In this document: positions 54,701 to 63,137 of the stretch, piece by piece
How positions within the stretch are numbered: the first letter of the stretch is position 1
Layout: every line of letters begins with the position of its first letter
From: Bacillota bacterium
GTDB taxonomy: Bacteria; Bacillota_I; Bacilli_A; Izemoplasmatales; UBA1188
NCBI GenBank assembly: GCA_023410715.1
Contig: JAEYPN010000030.1
Location: 48,806-112,805 of the forward strand
Reading direction: 5' to 3'
DNA: 64,000 nt
Translations under genes and position numbers: made by a program
The notes under the pieces: model-generated
What the model saw: the letters and a program-made list of their open reading frames with translations, nothing else
What the model was told of the DNA's origin: nothing
Databases searched by the model: none

Positions 54701-56807
54701 AATTAATTATCTTGAAGTTAATGATTTTAAAGAAGCTTCATTTGATAGTGTTAAGATGTTAGAAGATTTAAATAAAAATATTATTGAAGGTGATAAATTA
54801 TCACCAAAAAGAAGTGAAATCATTATTAATTCTTTAATCCTACAATGTACAATTTCAAGAGAAATTGTGAAACTTGATAATGATGATACGATTATTATTC
54901 CTGATGATGCATATGAATCAAAAACAATTGATGGTTCAGAAACTAATATTGTATCCAAGAAAGAATTTAATGATTTAGTTGCTGGTATGGCTCATATAAA
55001 TGTAAATACGCTTAATGGTTCAGAAACAGTAAAAGCTTTAAATGATCCAATAGAGGAAGGTTCTACAACTACAAAAGCCAGTGCAGTATATAATTCTCTT
55101 ATCTTAAAATGTACGATATCACGAGAAGTAGTAAATATTTCATCACTTATAATTCCAGATAATGCTATTGAATATTTAAATGTAGATTCTAATCCAACTA
55201 AGGTTATAACAGAAGATGAGTTTACAAAAATTGTTCGTGGTCTTAAATACTTAGATGTAGACACTTTAAATGGTTCGGAAACAGTTAAAGCCTTAAATGA
55301 ACCAATTAAAGAAGGTTCAACAGTAACTAAAGCTAGCGTTGTATATGAATCAGATATCTTAAAATGTACAATTTCAAAAGAAATAATGGGTATTTCATCA
55401 CTTGCAATTCCAAATGAAGCAACGATTAGTATGAATGTTGATAGTGTAGCTACTAAAGTTATTACTAATGAAGAATTTACTTTAATTGTCAATGGACTTA
55501 ACTACATTGACGTTGATGGCTTAAATGGTATGAATACAATTAAGAGTTTAAATGATACTTCAAAAGGTTCTAGAACTAAACTTGATGAAATTTATGATTC
55601 TTTAATCTTAAGTGCAACTATTTCTCAAGAAATAAGAGGTTTATCAGAAGGAACGAATCCGACAATTGTTATTCCTAATAATGCTTATGTCGATGGTGTA
55701 TATGTCGATGGAATTATTCTAAAATCTGAAATCGCTAATCTAGTTGATGGAGTTAAACAATTATCGACAAAAGAAACAGGAGAACTTAATTTAGAAGGTT
55801 CATCAACGATAAAAACTTTAAATGCTAGTGCTGGAATCGCATATGGTGATAGAACAAAAGCTCAAGTAGTTTATTCATCACTAATTTTGAAAGCCTCAAT
55901 TTCGAAAGAAATATTTAATATTAGTTCGTTAATAATCACAACTGATGCATATACCCCATATTTAGTAAAAGACGGAAGCTTCAATATAATTGATGAAGTA
56001 GAATTTAATAATCTAGTTGTCGGTATGTGTCAGCTTGATATTGATCACTTAGATGGTCAAACAACGATTAATGATTTGAATTTACCTTCAGTTGATGATC
56101 CATTAAAAACTAAAGGTCAACTTGTTTACGAATCACTTATTTTAAAAGCTACAATTTCTGATACAATTATGGGTATTAGTAATTTAATTACTCCAGATGA
56201 TGTAAAAGTTGAAAAAACTAATAATCTTGGATCAACAGTTTATGTTTTAACAGATACTGAATTTAATGCCTTAATTAGAGGCATTAACACGATTGACTTT
56301 GAAGATGCAGGATTTGGCGCCAACTCAATTCTTTTATTAGAAGAAAATGAAATTGATAATTTAGTTTCTTCAAGAATCTTACAGGCTACAATTTCTTCAA
56401 AAATGAAACCAGTTATTGCTAGTAATGGAAACTTAGTATATATGTCAGAATGTGAAGATCAATATGGAGATATTTCTCCAGAAGAAATTAAGAGATTTAC
56501 TTTAGGTATTCAAGCACTTGGTTCTTCTGACATAGGTACGGTTGAATTAAATATTACTACAATTGTTGAATTTGATTCAGTAAAACAAGAAAAGGTTATA
56601 TCATCACTAATCTTTAGGGCTACAATTACTAAGATTTTAGTAACAAATATTAATGCTTATAATATCACTGCCCCATTGATTGGTAAAGAGAAAATTACAA
56701 TACTTGAAAGTGATTATGAGTATAAAAAGATTGATGGAAATAGTGAAGACTGCTTCTCAATTGATGGTACTAATCGCGTTATTAGTGAATGTAAAGAAAA
56801 AATGTAA
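48777..56807 (+). CDS. Giant (2676 aa) membrane-anchored repeat protein, unknown function
   Basis: GGAGG RBS. The N-terminal ~210 aa contain about 4-5 TM helices, with a possibly CvpA-like topology. About 19 repeats of ~85-100 aa follow, with the core S-x-IL-x-(A/C)TIS-x-x-(I/V)...(I/V)IP-x-x-A...(E/D)EF-x-x-L(V)-x-G...(L/I)D(V)...LNG...(I/V)K-x-LN. No LPxTG motif is present. Confidence 0.85.
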   Translation: MMGSSITELVNQIPFDSLNLIFFGIFGVIILGKILSGLFNGFTKTTYRFIRYTVFLVGFFLTVDLVANFLYDFNLSNYSEMISNFLAIPNTGITNIESIVKLYVKTNFAQYSDLVINNAALISLIAGIAKFVIKILYFILYFTVIRLLYIIITGIIRAIFVPKNNRKDVGMRSKSKQGLLGMVVGFVFGVVVCFNATIIMTSLMGILKTSSEVVDATNAISERYLEANDPSGNLIDPENVKEIRVGINAIKKISEIYEENKIIKFLNGITISVKEGKGDSAKQVTYQANEYLFDKVMSIDASGTKIAFRKELNNVLNALYDVTDSKFMETGEIKDLEDYTVTNVFYRLSDSNLINVLFPVAIETAAKYFEVDVDLKELYGVDWSKDFMRLGDIAGVFISEGLFVTFTDNNGSMIDMLADVTISNTASNKIVNSISKMELLNRSFEIAVAGALTTDEIKDALAKYDVEISASDFSNVKFGEELSKVVKIGLITLNNFDKAIEGEEFSFKLENSFYKVDVYKDIDTIVDELTSMDLLTIVLEKAAEYGQKLLNNKVPELEVSIADIVWATEVNNFGNILKSVASVEFDYTQAKDKNYLLNIVSVKNSQLQDVISSLFELQLIDKMIKSAVPYINKTYVPDEYKFILDDANVTKAGLEGDVIGLIIVAKDISDNGVIDLIENKEYLNLPSATLRTVISTIMDFSFISGREKVLIENLLALVKLDELEDISIPDNINYKNEMLLIVDIYDEVKKANIDLDNPTNIQNIEPKALENIFKTLGLSEILSSQGDQLIKLANKLISSDEEAISLKFPENVDWKNEFTVIGTILKDLITEAKKIENIDGSKKYIVFNDFLKEPTELIDIVVKIDTDNLCLSQVFSHTIVSLLSGKMIEFEGLEKIKVPYSETDSRWFSTKKIVDGEEIVTHLELSKLLKALKELLGIVDLEKLDEIDTSILNEISDEIADTLFSSLTIQATLSSIIEELDFEINGFGITIPDHVVDYAAEDTLISTIRLIKKSEFKNLVGAAKAIDLEALANDQNEPLEVLKDTTDQNIEKLFDSEIIRATISNALATFSTDGFEIVVVTEVEDEYGLIIKKEFVDLFKIIKLDVVNELMNPPVDEITGEEKAIIDILKDMEESEMYQIFDSMLIRASATKMIFDLDLGDDFNLLAPYSVNMDDTALEIRHVRNSEDIVLEKRYITKDEYVRLITAVKVLDLDLLKADQMDFIQSLNTDAYPDDDENNKTKANVILNSKILNASLGNTILTLDIDNFTLIIPKNLIINVKNQDDALVETISTAELDAIITGINQINIDNISDNDKMLDEVASLSKASTTDPTKTKINLILESQILAATIGGKIIELNVDGIDIIVPFAAITKIIDQNDNEKDTLLTEEITAIIIGVNQIDLDALSNTDDGNGGNPMLDEVKSLSGPSETNPGETKLEVLLKSKILAATIGRKIYLIDSDLDQATIIVPKEVVVNIETNKLISGTSEHLFVDIVNNDEVTNLIGALTYIDLNGELGMSTVKSLNDETSANSGIKKSEKVYQSKILKATISKVVLDMRTDASNPIIIPDEAIDSQEEHLLHNNDNTVIQTITNDEFNSVVSGIVYLDENKLNGTAILKDLNETVEIYKNVIDSRKRFARILVTVKKSSIVYNSLILQATISNKIIGMTNDGTIKISENYDYDILHINGEPTNMITREEFVNLVNAFAWLDINDLDNINGVTIIEKLQEDSIAPRKIADEVHDSIVISSTITDKAKSIATGSLVIIIPDSAKDENGNISAQELLKLSESISCLPKDDEDNLIFNGIETIKKLNEHTDPSNPSSPMKYDKIYESDILKATVSNEIIKLELDGTIVIPDNAYLNENYTTMTISPEEFSNLCEGLNHIDVDSFSDVSFDGIKMLKDLDAPSIVDDPSSTKKSAIVINSLILQCTISREIVKLDNDEDTIVIPSDAYTQMKFNLISKDVVTEDEFINLVSAINYLEVNDFKEASFDSVKMLEDLNKNIIEGDKLSPKRSEIIINSLILQCTISREIVKLDNDDTIIIPDDAYESKTIDGSETNIVSKKEFNDLVAGMAHINVNTLNGSETVKALNDPIEEGSTTTKASAVYNSLILKCTISREVVNISSLIIPDNAIEYLNVDSNPTKVITEDEFTKIVRGLKYLDVDTLNGSETVKALNEPIKEGSTVTKASVVYESDILKCTISKEIMGISSLAIPNEATISMNVDSVATKVITNEEFTLIVNGLNYIDVDGLNGMNTIKSLNDTSKGSRTKLDEIYDSLILSATISQEIRGLSEGTNPTIVIPNNAYVDGVYVDGIILKSEIANLVDGVKQLSTKETGELNLEGSSTIKTLNASAGIAYGDRTKAQVVYSSLILKASISKEIFNISSLIITTDAYTPYLVKDGSFNIIDEVEFNNLVVGMCQLDIDHLDGQTTINDLNLPSVDDPLKTKGQLVYESLILKATISDTIMGISNLITPDDVKVEKTNNLGSTVYVLTDTEFNALIRGINTIDFEDAGFGANSILLLEENEIDNLVSSRILQATISSKMKPVIASNGNLVYMSECEDQYGDISPEEIKRFTLGIQALGSSDIGTVELNITTIVEFDSVKQEKVISSLIFRATITKILVTNINAYNITAPLIGKEKITILESDYEYKKIDGNSEDCFSIDGTNRVISECKEKM
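51380..56700 (+). repeat. About 19-20 tandem ~85-100-aa coding repeats (unassigned family)
   Basis: The core motif recurs, for example in VYNSLILKCTISREVV, VYESDILKCTISKEIM, VYSSLILKASISKEIF and VYESLILKATISDTIM. Two neighbouring units share a 44-nt exact match (54555-54598 and 54843-54886). Boundaries are approximate. Confidence 0.8.
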
Positions 56808-56838
56808 AAGATGGTTGAATTTTAACCATCTTTTTTAC
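56807..56838 (+). terminator. Rho-independent terminator
   Basis: AAAGATGGTT-gaatttt-AACCATCTTT hairpin followed by TTT, directly after the stop codon. Confidence 0.8.
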
Positions 56839-57025
56839 TTAGAAATCATTAAATTTAAACTTATAAAAGTTCATTATAATAATATGCTTGTCCTACTTAA
56901 TAAATATTATTTTAGATTTCAAAAATAAATGTGATAAATATATTAATAAAATATATATTTATGTGAAAATAATGTGATGTAAAAAATTTGATTTTTTTAA
57001 TTTAACAAAAAATTAAACAATAGTG

Positions 57026-57034
57026 TGATATAAT
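57026..57034 (+). promoter_or_regulatory. Extended -10 promoter element (TGaTATAAT)
   Basis: TG at 57026-27 and TATAAT at 57029-34, about 28 nt upstream of the ATG at 57062. Confidence 0.45.
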
Positions 57035-57061
57035 ATATATGAATATTAAAAGGAGTATTTT

Positions 57062-58765
57062 ATGAAAAAAAAGTTATCATTATTTATTTTGTTTATTTTA
57101 TGCTTAATATTATCTAGTTGTGATCTTTTTACAAAGGCTTCAACAAAAGTTACAACAACTAGTAATATAACATCAAATATAACATCAAGTAGCAAAACAA
57201 GTAGTAAAACAAGTAGTAAAACAAGTAGTAAAACAACAACTTCGGCAACTACAGTTCCAACGACTAAAAAGCCTACAACGAGTATTTCAACAAAAAATAC
57301 ATTTACAACAATAACTACGACTAGTACAACAACTAGTATAACAACTAAACCAACAGAATTAGTTACAATTAATTTTTATGCATTTAATGATTTACATGGA
57401 TATATTAATTCTAATGAACCAAATTTAAGTAAAATAGCTAATTATCTAGTAAATGCGAAAGAAAATAATAAAAATACTGTTATTCTAGCTAATGGTGATA
57501 TGTTCCAGGGAACTGCTTTATCTAATTATTATTATGGCTTACCAATTGTTGAAACTCTTAATTATTTAGAGGTTGATGCATTTACAATAGGTAATCACGA
57601 GTTTGACTGGGGAATCGATAAAATTGCGAATTATAAAGATGGTAATTTAACTAATGGTGAAGCTAATTTCTCGTTTTTAGCTGCAAATATTGTTGATAAG
57701 GATAATGAAGAATTATTGTCTTTTACTGAACCTTATACAATTATTGAAAGAGAAGGCGTTAAAATTGGTATTATTGGCACAATCGGGGAATATGAAAACT
57801 CAATTGCTGCAAGTCGTGTTGCAGGTTATAAGTTTGTTGATCCAAATGAAACTGCTAGAAAATATGCAAGAATTTTAAGAGAAGAAAATGATTGTAAGAT
57901 CGTTATTTTATTAACCCATTCATATGATGAATATCTATCTGATAATAATACCATTGCAAAGTTTGAAGGTAGCGAAAGAATAGATGCGATTTTTAATGGA
58001 CATCTTCACTGGAATGTTAATGGGGTTATAAATGGTAAAAATCATCAAGTACCTTATGCACAAGTAGATTCAAGCAATAACTTCTTATCATTAATAACAA
58101 TAGTATATGATCCAGTTACTGAAGATGTAATGCCACAATACCCACAGCTAATAAGTAAGTCAAACTTTACTCAAGAAGATGAGTATGCTAAGAATATTAT
58201 CAATGCTTTTAATAGTGACGAGATATACTTAAATTTTATTAATGAAGAATTTTTGGTATCTCGCGAATATTTGTATCGTAATAATATGCCACAGTATCTT
58301 TCTTCAGTAATAAAATATGCTGCACATGTTGACTTTGGTATGGTAAATAGTGGTGGAGTTAGAAAAGCAATAGAATCAAACAAAATGTTAACAATGGCTG
58401 ATCTAGTTTTAATATATCCATTTGACAATGCTATCAAAACATGTTCTTTAAAAGGTTCTGATATTATAGATTTATATTTAAATGCTCAAAAAGGATATGC
58501 GGATGTTGTATTTGATCTAGATGTTACTTATAATAGTGGAAACCTATACATTAAAGGAGAGAAAGTTGATCCAAATAAAATGTATACAGTGGGAGCTGTA
58601 GATTATATTTTTGATAAAGATAATTATCCATTCCTTAAGGGAGAAAACATTTTATACACTAGCATGTTAATGAGAGATTTAATGGTTGAAGATTTAAGAT
58701 TACAAAAATCTAGTGGCATTACTGAATTTTATCCAAGTAATGGACCATTTACATCATGGAATTAA
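57062..58765 (+). CDS. Lipoprotein 5'-nucleotidase / metallophosphoesterase (UshA-like) with a Ser/Thr-rich linker
   Basis: Lipobox LILSS-C. A ~90-aa S/T/K-rich linker includes 4x SSKT. Calcineurin-like motifs are NDLHGY, GDMFQGT and GNHEFDWG, and a C-terminal 5'-nucleotidase-type domain is present. Confidence 0.8.
   Translation: MKKKLSLFILFILCLILSSCDLFTKASTKVTTTSNITSNITSSSKTSSKTSSKTSSKTTTSATTVPTTKKPTTSISTKNTFTTITTTSTTTSITTKPTELVTINFYAFNDLHGYINSNEPNLSKIANYLVNAKENNKNTVILANGDMFQGTALSNYYYGLPIVETLNYLEVDAFTIGNHEFDWGIDKIANYKDGNLTNGEANFSFLAANIVDKDNEELLSFTEPYTIIEREGVKIGIIGTIGEYENSIAASRVAGYKFVDPNETARKYARILREENDCKIVILLTHSYDEYLSDNNTIAKFEGSERIDAIFNGHLHWNVNGVINGKNHQVPYAQVDSSNNFLSLITIVYDPVTEDVMPQYPQLISKSNFTQEDEYAKNIINAFNSDEIYLNFINEEFLVSREYLYRNNMPQYLSSVIKYAAHVDFGMVNSGGVRKAIESNKMLTMADLVLIYPFDNAIKTCSLKGSDIIDLYLNAQKGYADVVFDLDVTYNSGNLYIKGEKVDPNKMYTVGAVDYIFDKDNYPFLKGENILYTSMLMRDLMVEDLRLQKSSGITEFYPSNGPFTSWN
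57188..57235 (+). repeat. Four tandem 12-nt units (AGTAG(C/T)AAAACA) encoding (SSKT)4
   Basis: Read directly: units at 57188-199, 57200-211, 57212-223 and 57224-235. The last three are identical. Confidence 0.9.
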
Positions 58766-58785
58766 TAATCTAGGGGGACATTAAT

Positions 58786-59907
58786 TTGAATATCAATAAT
58801 ATTACTTATTTTCAAAATGGTGAGTTTAAATTAGGTTCAATCAGAATAGAAAATGGGATTTATAAAAAGATTCAGAATGAACCTTTTGATGATGGAATAG
58901 ATGGTAGAAACCTTTATTTAATACCTGGATTTGTTGATATCCATACCCATGGTATAAGTGGTAGTGATTTTTCAAATGTTGATACTTTAGAGATTAAAAA
59001 AATGTTAAAAGATTATTTAAAGGATGGAGTAAGTTTTATACTTCCTACCACAGTTGCGATGGAAGAAGATAAGTTGTTTAAAACTTTAAAGACTTTTAAT
59101 GATTATAAAAATGATAATGGTGAAACAAATATTTTAGGAATTCATTTAGAAGGACCATTTATAAATAAAAAATATAAAGGGGCACTTTTAGAAAAATATA
59201 TTTTAGCACCAGATGTATTAAAATTTAAGAAATATTTAGACATCAATCCAAATATTAAGAAAGTTACTTATGCCATTGAAAATGATGATTTATCTTTGAC
59301 AAAGCTGTTAAAAGAAAAAGGAATTAGTGCTTCAATTGGTCATTCATGTGCTAAAAAAGAAGAGGTTAATAAAGGTATTGAATTTGGTGTAAATTCTATC
59401 TCGCATTTGTTTAATGCGATGACACCAATTACAAGTAGAGAAGATTCACTAGCTTTAACAGGCCTTCTAGATGACCGTTTATATACGGAAATCATAATGG
59501 ATTTTTATCACGTTAAAAAAGAAGTTATTGAACTATTAATTAAAGCAAAACCACATGATAAGATTATTTGTATTACCGATTCAATTGCGGCACGTGGTGT
59601 TCCTGATGGTAAATATAAGCTGGGCGAATATGATATAGATGTAATAGATGGCAAATGCCATTTAGCTGATGGCACAATTGCAGGTTCAACATTAACATTT
59701 AAGCAAATTTTAAAAAACTTATATGAATTAAATATATCATTAATTGATGTTGTAAAATTTACATCATTAAATGCTTTAGCGTCTTTAAATATTGAGGATG
59801 TAGATTTAATAATAGAAGGATTTCCCGTATCAGCATGTATAATTGATCAAAATTATAATCTGTTAACAGTATTAAAAAATGACCAATTGTTGGAAGTTAA
59901 GGATTGA
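58786..59907 (+). CDS. nagA: N-acetylglucosamine-6-phosphate deacetylase
   Basis: GFVDIHTHG, HLEGPFI, ASIGHS, SHLFNAM and ITDS motifs. TTG start behind a GGGGGA RBS. Confidence 0.85.
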   Translation: MNINNITYFQNGEFKLGSIRIENGIYKKIQNEPFDDGIDGRNLYLIPGFVDIHTHGISGSDFSNVDTLEIKKMLKDYLKDGVSFILPTTVAMEEDKLFKTLKTFNDYKNDNGETNILGIHLEGPFINKKYKGALLEKYILAPDVLKFKKYLDINPNIKKVTYAIENDDLSLTKLLKEKGISASIGHSCAKKEEVNKGIEFGVNSISHLFNAMTPITSREDSLALTGLLDDRLYTEIIMDFYHVKKEVIELLIKAKPHDKIICITDSIAARGVPDGKYKLGEYDIDVIDGKCHLADGTIAGSTLTFKQILKNLYELNISLIDVVKFTSLNALASLNIEDVDLIIEGFPVSACIIDQNYNLLTVLKNDQLLEVKD

Positions 59908-59961
59908 AAAAGCAATTCTTATATTATATAATTAGATGAAAAAATTAAGATGAGGTGGAGA

Positions 59962-62900
59962 ATGAACGATTATTACTTTGAAAAAAATGACTTTATAATT
60001 AAAAATTATGATCAAAAGAAAACATTTTCTAGTTTCTTACCCGCGTTAGCTGGAAAACATGGTATTCCTCTATGGGCATTTTATGTTAATCGCGGTCAAG
60101 GGATTGCTAGCTTTGGTATTCGTGATAAAAATGGTTCGATTATGGAATTTTTTCCAGCTAATGCAGCATATATTCATACTGCTCATTTAGGGTTTAGAAC
60201 ATTTATTAAAGATGAAAATAATAAAACATATGAAATATTTTCAACTGAGAATAAAAATAAAAGAGAAATGCACATTAAACAAGCTGAATTCAGCATTGTT
60301 GAATATAATCCTGAATTAAACATTAAGGTGACAATTACTTATTTTGGCTTGCCAAATGAAAAAATTGCTTCACTTGTTAGAATGGTAAAAATTGAAAATC
60401 TAAGTGATGTAGAACGTCATTTAGAGGTTTTAGATGGTATTGCTCAAATTTTACCAGCTGGAACAGGATACGAAGCATATAAGATGGTTTCTCATATTCG
60501 TCGTAGTTTCATGGAAGTTAACGAACTAGAAAATAATTTTGCTTTTTATCAAATGAAAGGTAATGGAGCAGATGAAGCAGAAATGCAAAGCGTTATTGAT
60601 GGAAACTATTATTTTTCTATCTATAATGATCAGTTAGTTAAACCTATATGTGATAGTAATTTAATTTTTGATTATGATACAGCTTTAACTAAACCTGAAT
60701 ATTTTAATAATCATTCATTAAATGAAATCCTAAAAGAACCACAAATAACAGATAATAAAGTTCCTTGTGGATTTACAGCTGTAAAAGTTGTGTTAACTAA
60801 AGAAAAGCCAGTTAATATTGATACTTTAATTGGTTATGCAAGTAAAATTGATATTCTTAAAAAAGAAATGGATAAATTCCTTTCTCACGAATATGTTGAA
60901 GCAAAGCGCAATGAAGCGACTTTAGTTATTGATGAATTATTAAATGATATTGATACATCAACTAATTATCCAATTTTTGATGAATACGTTAAACAAATGT
61001 ATCTTGACAACATCTTACGTGGTGGTTATCCGCTTGTAATAAATTCAGAAAACAAAAATTTTTGTTACCATATTTATTCACGTAAACATGGTGACTTAGA
61101 GCGCGATTATAACTACTTTACAATTAATCCCGAATTTTATTCGCAAGGTAACGGTAACTTCCGTGATGTTTGCCAAAATCGTCGTTGTGATGTATTCTTT
61201 AATAAGGATGTTTATGATAATAACATTCATGTTTTTGCCAGTTTAATTCAAGCAGATGGTTATAATCCACTTCAATTAAGCGGTCTAACATTTGAAATTA
61301 AAGATAAATCTAAAGTAGATGAATTATTAAATCTATTCAAAAACAAAAAAGAAGTAATGGAAAAACTACTTTTAGGTAAATTTACTCCTGGATCAATCAT
61401 TAATACACTTGAAAACGAAGAAATTGAAGTTACTTTTGATTTAACAGGTGAAGAAAGAGATAATAAATTATTTACTGAAATATTTAAATATGCTGAATCA
61501 AATATTGAAGCTAATTATGCTGAAGGATATTGGATTGATCACTGGACTTATATCCTTGATATATTTAAAAACTTCTACCGTATTTATCCTGATAAAGTTT
61601 ATGATTGCTTATTTAAACGTAATGATTATCGTTTCTTTGAATCATGCGCAACTGTTTACCCTCGCGATGAAAAATATGTTTTATCCAAAAATGGTAAAGT
61701 TCGTCAATTTGGAGCTGTAAATAAAAATGATCTTGAAAAAGTAAACAAGCTTGGATTAACTAGAGGAAGCAACTGGCTAAAAACTGCTGATGGAAACATT
61801 TTAGAAACTAACCTTTATGGTAAGTTCTTAGTATTAGCGATCAACAAATTTGCGCTTTTAGACCAGGAACAAATGGGTATTGAAATGGAAGCTGATCGTC
61901 CAGGATGGAATGATGCGATGAATGGTTTACCAGGAATATTTGCTTCAGGTGTTTCAGAGACAATTGAATTAAAGAGATTAATTGAAACATTGCTTGTTTA
62001 TTCTAAAGAAAATGAATTTGTTAAATTACCATATGAATTTGTCAAATTCGCAGACAGAATTGAGTCTATTTTAGGTATTAAAGATCATTTTGAGTTTTGG
62101 GATAAACTTTCAACTGTAAGAGAAAATTACAGAAGTGATATCCGTCTTGGCTCAAAAGCCGCAATGGAAGTTAAAGCTAATAGATATGATGCAATGCTTA
62201 GAGAAATGTTAGAAATTATTAATGATGGTATCAGACGTGCCATTCAATTAGGAAATGGTATTGTACCAACATATTTATCATACGAAGTAACTGATTATGA
62301 AAAGATTTTAGTTGATGGTAAAGAAAAAATTACTCATTATGGCTTGCCAGCTGTTAAAGCTAAAGCCTTCAAGGTAACTTTAATTCCATTATTCTTAGAA
62401 GCACCTGCGAGATATTTTACATCATGCTTTGATCGTGATGAATTAAAAGATATGTATAAGAAGGTTAAATCATCGGAGTTATATGATGAAGCTTTAAAAA
62501 TGTATAAAACTTCAACACCTCTTGATGACTGGTCAACTGATATTGGCCGTATTAGAATCTTTAGTAAAGGCTGGCTCGAAAGAGAATCAAACTTTATGCA
62601 TATGACTTATAAATATATGCTAGGTTTAATTAAAGGTGGATTATACCGTGATTTCTATAATGAGATAATGTCAAATTTCTCGTGCTTTATGGACCCAAGT
62701 GTATATGGAAGAAACCCACTTGAAAATTCATCATTTATTGCGACATCTAACAATCCTGATAAATCATTACATGGTCAAGGATTCTATGCAAGACTTTCAG
62801 GTTCAACATCAGAAGTATTAATTATTTGGGAATTAATGTTTATGGGACATCATCCATTTATCTTAAAAGATGGTAAGTTATCACTTAAACTTAAACCTTT

Positions 62901-63123
62901 ATTATCTCGTCATTTCTTCAAAAATGGCAAAGTATCATTTATGCTTTTAAGTCATACTAAGGTTACTTATATTAACGAGGATGATTTAAACTTATTTGAA
63001 AAAGGAAAAGCTTATAAATATGTTTTAGATGGAAAAGAAATTTTAGGTGAATCACTTCCTGAACAAGAATCCTTAGATGTACGAAATGGTAAAGTAAAAG
63101 AATTAGTTGTATATTTTAAATAA
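59962..63123 (+). CDS. Large (about 1050 aa) putative glycoside phosphorylase/hydrolase-like protein with a probable (alpha/alpha)6-barrel
   Basis: ATG 59962 lies behind a GAGGTGGAG RBS. EADRPGWNDAMNGLPG resembles the catalytic G-D-W-N-D region of GH94-type phosphorylases. The size and the context between nagA and a GH2 gene fit a carbohydrate-active enzyme. The family assignment is not secure. Confidence 0.35.
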   Translation: MNDYYFEKNDFIIKNYDQKKTFSSFLPALAGKHGIPLWAFYVNRGQGIASFGIRDKNGSIMEFFPANAAYIHTAHLGFRTFIKDENNKTYEIFSTENKNKREMHIKQAEFSIVEYNPELNIKVTITYFGLPNEKIASLVRMVKIENLSDVERHLEVLDGIAQILPAGTGYEAYKMVSHIRRSFMEVNELENNFAFYQMKGNGADEAEMQSVIDGNYYFSIYNDQLVKPICDSNLIFDYDTALTKPEYFNNHSLNEILKEPQITDNKVPCGFTAVKVVLTKEKPVNIDTLIGYASKIDILKKEMDKFLSHEYVEAKRNEATLVIDELLNDIDTSTNYPIFDEYVKQMYLDNILRGGYPLVINSENKNFCYHIYSRKHGDLERDYNYFTINPEFYSQGNGNFRDVCQNRRCDVFFNKDVYDNNIHVFASLIQADGYNPLQLSGLTFEIKDKSKVDELLNLFKNKKEVMEKLLLGKFTPGSIINTLENEEIEVTFDLTGEERDNKLFTEIFKYAESNIEANYAEGYWIDHWTYILDIFKNFYRIYPDKVYDCLFKRNDYRFFESCATVYPRDEKYVLSKNGKVRQFGAVNKNDLEKVNKLGLTRGSNWLKTADGNILETNLYGKFLVLAINKFALLDQEQMGIEMEADRPGWNDAMNGLPGIFASGVSETIELKRLIETLLVYSKENEFVKLPYEFVKFADRIESILGIKDHFEFWDKLSTVRENYRSDIRLGSKAAMEVKANRYDAMLREMLEIINDGIRRAIQLGNGIVPTYLSYEVTDYEKILVDGKEKITHYGLPAVKAKAFKVTLIPLFLEAPARYFTSCFDRDELKDMYKKVKSSELYDEALKMYKTSTPLDDWSTDIGRIRIFSKGWLERESNFMHMTYKYMLGLIKGGLYRDFYNEIMSNFSCFMDPSVYGRNPLENSSFIATSNNPDKSLHGQGFYARLSGSTSEVLIIWELMFMGHHPFILKDGKLSLKLKPLLSRHFFKNGKVSFMLLSHTKVTYINEDDLNLFEKGKAYKYVLDGKEILGESLPEQESLDVRNGKVKELVVYFK

Positions 63124-63137
63124 ATTATAGGTGAAAT

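Noticed and set aside
49103-55492. Numerous 60-170-aa minus-strand ORFs in the track lie inside the giant repeat gene (e.g. 49103-49528, 49811-50275, 54992-55492). Similar ones lie inside other genes (155-343, 2445-2765, 12325-12510, 39512-39826, 43459-43875).
   Set aside because: They lie fully antisense to long ORFs that are clearly coding and rich in motifs. They have no RBS and their composition is low-complexity, Ser/Ile/Leu-rich. These are typical shadow ORFs of AT-rich, repetitive coding sequence.
56680-56928. An 82-aa + strand ORF overlaps the 3' end of the giant gene and extends beyond it.
   Set aside because: It is out of frame within the giant ORF and reads straight through its strong terminator (56807-56838). 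It has no RBS.
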